A program made the translations under genes and the position numbers. A stretch of 64,000 nucleotides of DNA from a virus, in IMG/VR virus record IMGVR_UViG_3300047323_000675; one strand, 5' to 3'. The first letter of the stretch is position 1, and every line of letters begins with the position of its first letter. This document shows, piece by piece, positions 54,508 through 59,718 of this stretch. The notes beneath the pieces were generated by a model. That model was not told where the DNA came from, ran no database searches, and worked only from the letters and a program-made list of their open reading frames with translations.

Positions 54508-54601
54508 AAGAGTTTGCGGAGTCGAACCGCTTCTCTGCCTGCAAGCAGCGCATGAAGCCGACTAGTGATTGCAGTCACCAATACGCACATGCTGAACTCT
54601 T
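54508..54601 (-). ncRNA. Aberrant tRNA-like element (GCA/Cys-like loop, very long variable region, no CCA)
   Basis: Acceptor AAGAGTT/AACTCTT, T-arm GCGG-TTCGACT-CCGC, GGTGA-CTGCAA-TCACT arm, ~30-nt variable insert, weak D-arm. Confidence 0.55.
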
Positions 54602-54606
54602 TAACT

Positions 54607-54682
54607 TGGTGTCTCTAGAGGGATTTGAACCCTACATCTCCGGTGGGATTACGCGGCGATTTAACCATTAATCTATAGAGAC
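54607..54682 (-). tRNA. Glu-family tRNA body with scrambled anticodon arm (anticodon undetermined)
   Basis: Acceptor GTCTCTA/TAGAGAC + ACCA; D- and T-arms resemble the neighbouring Glu tRNAs; anticodon region CCG-CGTAATCCCAC-CGG is non-canonical. Confidence 0.7.
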
Positions 54683-54688
54683 AAAACT

Positions 54689-54772
54689 TGGTGGATGAGG
54701 TTGGATTTGAACCAACGAACCCGAAGGAAATGATTTACAGTCATCGCGCTTTAGCCACTTGCATACTCATCC
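54689..54772 (-). tRNA. tRNA-Tyr(GTA)
   Basis: G1-C72, A73, loop CTGTAAA, long variable arm, CCA; identical to 55943..56026. Confidence 0.95.
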
Positions 54773-54798
54773 ATTAAAACTATTTACTGATTAAATCT

Positions 54799-54876
54799 TG
54801 GTATCCAGTATGGGGGTTGAACCCATTTTCTCGGATTGAGAATCCGATTTCCTAACCTACCGTAGAAGAACTGGAT
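54799..54876 (-). tRNA. tRNA-Glu(CTC)
   Basis: Arm TCGGA-TTCTCAA-TCCGA; acceptor ATCCAGT/ACTGGAT; CCA. Confidence 0.9.
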
Positions 54877-54900
54877 ATAGAACTATTTACTGCATAATTT

Positions 54901-54985
54901 TGGTGGATCAGGTAGGATTCGAACCTACTCATCCGAAGAAACGGGGTTACAGCCCATCACACCTCTCCAACTGTGTCGCTGATCC
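54901..54985 (-). tRNA. tRNA-Tyr(GTA)
   Basis: Arm ATGGG-CTGTAAC-CCCGT; long variable arm; CCA. Confidence 0.92.
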
Positions 54986-55020
54986 AAATTTAAAAATTCT
55001 TTCAAAAAAATACTTAAATT

Positions 55021-55102
55021 TGGTGGATGAGGTAGGGATCGAACCTACTTGCCGAAGCCACGGAGTTACAGTCCGCTGCCCTACCATTAGAGCATCTCAT
55101 CC
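55021..55102 (-). tRNA. tRNA-Tyr(GTA)
   Basis: Arm GCGGA-CTGTAAC-TCCGT; variable arm GGCTTCGGC; CCA. Confidence 0.93.
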
Positions 55103-55107
55103 AAAAA

Positions 55108-55216
55108 TTAAGTGTATTTGCGTAGACGGAAAATCCGTTCTTCGGGATGGGTTAAGGCTCGTAGCCCCGATTCTGCAAATCCCCATTTACTAGCCAGGAG
55201 ATAAACTCACACTTAA
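55108..55216. ncRNA. Structured non-tRNA element inside the tRNA array
   Basis: Closed by TTAAGTGT/ACACTTAA; internal ATTTGC/GCAAAT, ACGGA/TCCGT and GGCT/AGCC helices; GC-rich in an AT-rich context. Confidence 0.55.
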
Positions 55217-55235
55217 AAACTTTACTACTACAATT

Positions 55236-55310
55236 TGGTATCGTGTATGGGATTCGAACCCATGTCCAAGGAGTGAAAGTCCAAGTATCCTTCCAGTAGA
55301 TGAACACGAT
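55236..55310 (-). tRNA. tRNA-Glu(TTC), weak anticodon stem
   Basis: GGA-CTTTCAC-TCC with two T.T mismatches below; acceptor ATCGTGT/ACACGAT; CCA. Confidence 0.85.
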
Positions 55311-55336
55311 ATAAAACTATTTTTATTACTTAAAAT

Positions 55337-55414
55337 TGGTGTCCCCAACGGGATTTGAACCCGTGTTTTCGGATTGAAAGTCCGACGATCTCGACCAAAC
55401 TAATCTATGAGGAC
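55337..55414 (-). tRNA. tRNA-Glu(TTC)
   Basis: TCGGA-CTTTCAA-TCCGA; CCA. Confidence 0.92.
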
Positions 55415-55440
55415 GATGAAACTTTTTACTACTTTTAAAC

Positions 55441-55525
55441 TGGTGGAGATGGATGGATTTGAACCACCGCGCCTTTTGGAAACTGATTTACAGTCAGTCG
55501 CATTCGACCCCTCTGCCACATCTCC
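55441..55525 (-). tRNA. tRNA-Tyr(GTA)
   Basis: ACTGA-CTGTAAA-TCAGT; long variable arm; CCA. Confidence 0.93.
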
Positions 55526-55548
55526 ATTAAAACTTTTACTACTTAATT

Positions 55549-55625
55549 TGGCACACCCAACGAGGATTGAACTCGTATTTTCGGATTGAAAGTCCGATGT
55601 TCTCGACCAATTAAACTATGGGTGT
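55549..55625 (-). tRNA. tRNA-Glu(TTC)
   Basis: TCGGA-CTTTCAA-TCCGA; acceptor ACACCCA/TGGGTGT; GCCA. Confidence 0.92.
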
Positions 55626-55647
55626 AAAACTTTTTACTACATTATAT

Positions 55648-55723
55648 TGGAGCACCTAACGGGGATCGAACCCGTATTTTCAGATTGAAAGTCTGACTAT
55701 CTAACCAATTAATATATAGGTGC
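55648..55723 (-). tRNA. tRNA-Glu(TTC)
   Basis: TCAGA-CTTTCAA-TCTGA; acceptor GCACCTA/TAGGTGC; TCCA. Confidence 0.92.
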
Positions 55724-55729
55724 TTTGTT

Positions 55730-55805
55730 TGGTATGGGTAACGGGATTTGAACCCGTGTCTGCGGATTGAAAGTCCGCTGATCTATCCAACTAATCTATA
55801 CCCAT
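55730..55805 (-). tRNA. tRNA-Glu(TTC)
   Basis: GCGGA-CTTTCAA-TCCGC; acceptor ATGGGTA/TACCCAT; ACCA. Confidence 0.92.
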
Positions 55806-55853
55806 GTAAATATTTACAAATTTAAAAACTCTTTATTTAAAAGTGTTTAAATT

Positions 55854-55937
55854 TGGCGTTCCGTGGGGGATTCGAACCCCAGTCTTTCGACATCACCTTG
55901 AAAGGGTGAGGACGGTTGCCGGCCGTCAACACGGAAC
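55854..55937 (-). tRNA. tRNA-Glu(TTC) with an unusual long variable arm
   Basis: TCACC-CTTTCAA-GGTGA; variable hairpin GTC-GAAA-GAC; 5-bp D-stem GACGG/CCGTC; GCCA. Confidence 0.85.
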
Positions 55938-55942
55938 ATATT

Positions 55943-56026
55943 TGGTGGATGAGGTTGGATTTGAACCAACGAACCCGAAGGAAATGATTTACAGTCATCG
56001 CGCTTTAGCCACTTGCATACTCATCC
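55943..56026 (-). tRNA. tRNA-Tyr(GTA)
   Basis: Exact duplicate of 54689..54772. Confidence 0.95.
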
Positions 56027-56053
56027 ATATTCACAACATTTACTACTTTAATT

Positions 56054-56139
56054 TGGTGGGGCAGGTAGGAATCGAACCTACAAGCCGTAAGGCGACCGCT
56101 TTACAGGCGGCTGATTTCACCACACTTACCATCTACCCC
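56054..56139 (-). tRNA. tRNA-Tyr(GTA), first tRNA of the operon
   Basis: GCCGC-CTGTAAA-GCGGT; long variable arm; ACCA. Confidence 0.93.
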
Positions 56140-56163
56140 AAATTTGCTACTTTTACTACGCTC

Positions 56164-56179
56164 AATTTTTAAAGAACAA
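56164..56179 (-). promoter_or_regulatory. boxA antitermination signal (rrn-type)
   Basis: TTGTTCTTTAAAAATT on the minus strand, 25 nt before the first tRNA; matches the TGCTCTTTAACA-type consensus. Confidence 0.8.
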
Positions 56180-56188
56180 TACTACTCA

Positions 56189-56207
56189 TGTTGTCGTTTT
56201 GACAACA
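56189..56207 (-). promoter_or_regulatory. boxB-like hairpin preceding boxA
   Basis: TGTTGTC-AAAAC-GACAACA perfect 7-bp stem. Confidence 0.6.
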
Positions 56208-56210
56208 CTA

Positions 56211-56246
56211 CAAAAACAAAAAAGGCACCAATTTCTCGGTGCCTTT
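56211..56246 (-). terminator. Attenuator terminator (segments 3:4) between the leader ORF and the tRNA array
   Basis: AAAGGCACC-GAGAAATT-GGTGCCTTT followed by TTTGTTTTTG. Confidence 0.9.
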
Positions 56247-56380
56247 GATTTACTTCTTACTTACTTGTCAGAGTGAACTCAGTTAATATAAACTTGGGTT
56301 TCCTTGTTTACATTAACCTTTGCATCAACACTATCTGAACGAGCAAAAGTAAATGCGACACCGTTGGTGTTCATTTCCTC
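56237..56380 (-). promoter_or_regulatory. Attenuator RNA switch: 1:2 protector and 2:3 antiterminator
   Basis: 1:2 = GAG-G-AAATG-A-ACACC / GGTGT-CG-CATTT-A-CTT. 2:3 = CGGTGTC/GGCACCG, ATTTACTT/AAGTAAAT and TTGCT/AGTAA; it uses the terminator 5' arm. Confidence 0.8.
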
Positions 56381-56413
56381 TCGTTCATAATAATAAGTGT
56401 TCATGCGGTTCAT
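56279..56413 (-). CDS. Tyr/Glu-sensing leader peptide (44 aa)
   Basis: MNRMNTYYYEREEMNTNGVAFTFARSDSVDAKVNVNKETQVYIN*; codons TAT TAT TAT GAA CGA GAG GAA; GAGAGA RBS; lies between promoter and terminator. Confidence 0.85.
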   Translation of the reverse strand: MNRMNTYYYEREEMNTNGVAFTFARSDSVDAKVNVNKETQVYIN

Positions 56414-56460
56414 GTTATTTCTCTCAAATAAATAAGTTTGTCTAAATCTTCAATGTAATC

Positions 56461-56489
56461 ATTATGCCTCAGTTGCAATTCCGTGTCAA
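56461..56489 (-). promoter_or_regulatory. sigma70 promoter P2 of the leader/tRNA operon
   Basis: TTGACA-N17-CATAAT with an AT-rich upstream tract. Confidence 0.85.
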
Positions 56490-56568
56490 TAGGTTTCTTC
56501 AAAATATTTTTATTGTTTCAAAAAAACAACACATGACACTTGTTGCTCAACTGCATTCAATGAAGTGA

Positions 56569-56598
56569 ATTATATATTAAATTTCAATTAGGTGTCAA
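56569..56598 (-). promoter_or_regulatory. Candidate upstream sigma70 promoter P1
   Basis: TTGACA-N18-TATAAT about 110 bp upstream of P2. Confidence 0.6.
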
Positions 56599-56605
56599 AC
56601 AATAT

Positions 56606-56854
56606 TTATAATTTACTATGTTTGGAATATACATGATGAGAAAAGCCAGCAAACATAAAAAATGAGATAACAGCCAAGCAAACACATATAAGAATTACTA
56701 CTGCTTGAAAAAAAGAATAATTCCATGTTTTCATCATTATTACTAAAACCATTAAAATTGATATAGCACAATATCCCATAACCATAAGCATAATTCCAAT
56801 TGGACATAAAGCGAATAATTTTAATTCATACCAAAAATTTTTTAGTTTATTCAT
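56606..56854 (-). CDS. Small membrane protein
   Basis: Two hydrophobic segments. Confidence 0.6.
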   Translation of the reverse strand: MNKLKNFWYELKLFALCPIGIMLMVMGYCAISILMVLVIMMKTWNYSFFQAVVILICVCLAVISFFMFAGFSHHVYSKHSKL

Positions 56855-56994
56855 AATATACCTATTCTATTGAGTTTAGATATTAGAGGTAAGTTCAAAA
56901 TAGTCAATAGTATGCTTAGTCTTAAAAATATGCCATATTGTATTGATAAGAAGATAAGAGTATAATTATTAGAATAATATATGAAGGAATCATT

Positions 56995-57879
56995 ATGAAA
57001 ATCAAAGAAATATTAACCTCAGCAGAAGATAAGTCTGTGAACTTTATCTATGACAATTGGATAGAGGCTAGATTTGTAAGAAGAGAAGCTGATTACTTCA
57101 TTATTTATCTTTCATCGCATGATGGTTGTAATAAGGCATGTCGTTTCTGCCATTTAACTCAAACAAAACAAACTTCTTTCAATCGGGTAACAATAGAAGA
57201 ATATCTAATGCAAGCTGAAGATGTCTTGAATTACTACGACTCAATTAAAAATAACCAAGGTGCTGCAAAAAGGGTTAACTTTAATTTTATGGCTAGAGGA
57301 GAAGCCCTAGCTAACCAAGTTATTTTGGAGAATGCTAAAGAATTATTTTCTAGTTTGGAAAATTTAGCATTAAAAAGAGGTTTAAGTGCAAGATTTAATA
57401 TTTCAACAATTATGCCAATGGAAATAGAATCAAAAGATTTGGCTGATATTTTCAAGGATGTTACTCAAGATTATGGGATTTATTATTCACTATATAGTGT
57501 CGATGATAAATTTAGGAAGCGCTGGCTACCGAAAGCTTTAAATTATGAAGTAGCACTAAAAAAATTAGAAGAATTACAGCTAAAAAGAGGAGCAGATATT
57601 GCCTTCCATTGGGCATTTATTGAAGGTGAAAATGATAGTAAAGAAGATTTAGATGAATTAAAGAATGTCTTGTCTAATTACAACATTAAGGCCAAGTATA
57701 ATTTAGTAAGATATAATCCCTATAGTTCCAATCAAGGGAAAGAACCAACAGAGGATGTTTTGCAGTATAATTTTAATGAATTAAATGAATTTTTTAAAAG
57801 TCCTGCATCTAGAATTGTTCCTCGTGTTGGATTTGATGTTAAAGCCTCATGTGGGATGTTTGTAATCAATAATAATTGA
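56995..57879 (+). CDS. RlmN/Cfr-like radical SAM enzyme (divergent, lacks the resolving Cys)
   Basis: LSSHDGCNKACRFC, FMARGEAL (cf. MGMGEPL), IEGEND, NLVRYNP, C-terminal ASCG; Tyr at the RlmN C118-equivalent position. Confidence 0.8.
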   Translation: MKIKEILTSAEDKSVNFIYDNWIEARFVRREADYFIIYLSSHDGCNKACRFCHLTQTKQTSFNRVTIEEYLMQAEDVLNYYDSIKNNQGAAKRVNFNFMARGEALANQVILENAKELFSSLENLALKRGLSARFNISTIMPMEIESKDLADIFKDVTQDYGIYYSLYSVDDKFRKRWLPKALNYEVALKKLEELQLKRGADIAFHWAFIEGENDSKEDLDELKNVLSNYNIKAKYNLVRYNPYSSNQGKEPTEDVLQYNFNELNEFFKSPASRIVPRVGFDVKASCGMFVINNN

Positions 57880-57882
57880 TTT

Positions 57883-58338
57883 TTATTTTCTTGGCTTAGG
57901 TCTACTTATTTGCTTATCAATGAAATTTTCACGCAAAGATAATATTGGTTTTATTCCATCATTCTCAGATAAGTTTTTTAATCTCTTTAATTCCGATTTT
58001 ATATATTCTTTTTCATTTGGATTCATGGCATCATAACTATCTTGCATAATTTTTTCATTATCGGGTATAATATTACGATTTTTGCCGTTACGAATTAAAA
58101 TTGTTGCTAATATAACAGGCCCTATTACTGTTGCAGCATATCCCATCATCCATATAGATAAATTTGATTGACTTAAATTAGGCGATTGAGAAGTAAGTGC
58201 AATACCTAATGAAGTCGCACCTAATGCTATAAAATTAATATTTTTAACAATTTTTCTAAATGATTTTTCGCTGACAACTTCTAATTCTGCTTCTTGAAAT
58301 GATTTTGTAGTAGAACTATTGATTAATTTTTTTGCCAT
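57883..58338 (-). CDS. Membrane protein (2 TM)
   Basis: Two hydrophobic helices; basic tail. Confidence 0.7.
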   Translation of the reverse strand: MAKKLINSSTTKSFQEAELEVVSEKSFRKIVKNINFIALGATSLGIALTSQSPNLSQSNLSIWMMGYAATVIGPVILATILIRNGKNRNIIPDNEKIMQDSYDAMNPNEKEYIKSELKRLKNLSENDGIKPILSLRENFIDKQISRPKPRK

Positions 58339-58385
58339 AATTTATCCTTTTATTTTATATTAAAAAAACTTTAATCAAATTATCA

Positions 58386-58790
58386 TTAAAGTTTTTTTTT
58401 AATCTTACTTTTTTTGCTTGCTAAAGTCTCTTTGAAGCTATCTTTTAATTCCCCATAATTATCAAAAACTTCTTTAATAGACTTATAATCGTTTATAACT
58501 TTAGCAAGGTCTTCAGAACATTTTAAATTCATATGTGCAATATGTTTAATAGGATGATTGCTTTCATCTTTAAAGCTTTTTTGGAGTTTCTTTAGTTCTT
58601 TAAAACTAATTTCCTTATCTGTCTTATCAAAGCCTTCTTCTCTAGAATAAATAATTTTAATATCTAATGCTGTTTCATCAAAATAAAGTGAATAAATATG
58701 TGTACTTCTATTGAATAACACAAATCCATATTTACTAAATAATTGATAATTTTTGGTTCTTGGTTGCATGATATTAATCTTTAAATTCAT
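58386..58790 (-). CDS. Hypothetical protein with basic tail
   Basis: 134-aa ORF; paralogue of the interrupted gene upstream. Confidence 0.75.
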   Translation of the reverse strand: MNLKINIMQPRTKNYQLFSKYGFVLFNRSTHIYSLYFDETALDIKIIYSREEGFDKTDKEISFKELKKLQKSFKDESNHPIKHIAHMNLKCSEDLAKVINDYKSIKEVFDNYGELKDSFKETLASKKSKIKKKL

Positions 58791-58796
58791 TAATAA

Positions 58797-59180
58797 TTAA
58801 ATTTTATTTTTAACTTTGTTTTTCTTGCTTGCCACAATATCTTTAAAACTATCTTTTAAATCCCCGTAATTATCAAATATTGTTTTTATATCACTATAAT
58901 GTGTAATAGCTTTTTCTAATGTATCAGAAAACATTTTCTCCATATTAGAATGATTGCCATTCTGGCTACTGATAGAATTTTGAAATCTTCTATTAAATTC
59001 ATTTAACTCTTCAATGCTCATTTCCTTTGTTTGTTTTTTTTATACTGAGAAACCCTCTTCTTTTGTATGAATTATCTTAATATCTAAATCGGGTTCATTG
59101 TAATAAATTGAAAAGATATATTTAATTCCAAAAAAAGAAGCTTCATTTTGACTATATAATTGGTAATTTTCTAAGTTCAT
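58797..59180 (-). pseudogene. Paralogue of 58386..58790 interrupted by an in-frame TAA (59040-59042)
   Basis: ATG at 59180 gives MNLENYQLYS...LDIKIIHTKEEGFSV*KKQTKEMSIEEL...; same frame on both sides of the stop; aligns with NYQLFS...LDIKIIYSREEGF...FDNYGELKDSFK. Confidence 0.8.
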
Positions 59181-59698
59181 AATTTAGGCTTATCTTGTTT
59201 TACAGTATTTTCACTATTTAACTCATTATTTAACTCATTATTTACACTTCTTATTTTAAATAATTTTTCTACATATTCTGCCATATCATGATGAGGTGTA
59301 TTTTTAGATTCATTAAGAAAATTGTCTATATCTTTAGTGCGATTGATTTTGCAATCAAATATAAGGAACTCTAATATATCATTATAATTTCCTGCATTAT
59401 AATTTCTTAAAAAAGTTACTATAAAAGCTGAATCATTACCAACATGTATATCTGCATGTTCTGTTAGTTCATCTGATGTTAATAAATACTTAGCCAATGC
59501 TAAATCTTTGTCAATTAATGCATTTCTTAATGGAAGCCCTTTTTCACCATGAGCTTGTGTATTAATATCAGCATGTTTTGATAATTCTGGACTAGTTAAT
59601 AAATATTTAACCAATGCCATATCTTTTGATTTGCATGCTTTAATTAAGCATTCATCTAAATCATATTGATCTAAATTTTGATATTTTTCTTTGTTCAT
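59177..59698 (-). CDS. Ankyrin-repeat protein (array gene 8)
   Basis: KYLLTSPEL..HADI motif; tail DKPKL; closest to 62110..62637. Confidence 0.85.
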   Translation of the reverse strand: MNKEKYQNLDQYDLDECLIKACKSKDMALVKYLLTSPELSKHADINTQAHGEKGLPLRNALIDKDLALAKYLLTSDELTEHADIHVGNDSAFIVTFLRNYNAGNYNDILEFLIFDCKINRTKDIDNFLNESKNTPHHDMAEYVEKLFKIRSVNNELNNELNSENTVKQDKPKL

Positions 59699-59718
59699 AT
59701 ATTTAATCCTTATATTTT

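Noticed and set aside
55108-55216. tRNA-associated HDV-like (theta) ribozyme
   Set aside because: It does not abut a tRNA 3' end (about 20-nt gap) and I could not build the nested double pseudoknot by hand; a covariance search is still worthwhile
54421-56139. CRISPR-like periodicity
   Set aside because: The repeated units are tRNA cloverleaves with CCA ends, not identical direct repeats with unique spacers; no cas genes
54900-56172. ORF-track calls 54900..55193, 55407..55589 and 55843..56172 (+)
   Set aside because: They are antisense read-throughs of tRNA genes with no RBS or coding character
56140-56460. T-box riboswitch, or an rRNA operon because of boxA
   Set aside because: No T-box consensus or specifier stem seen; an RBS-led ORF with cognate codons explains the leader better; no rRNA sequence follows boxA
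59040-59042. Stop-codon reassignment or suppression
   Set aside because: Single case only; TAA, TAG and TGA all end genes normally and no suppressor anticodon is in the array
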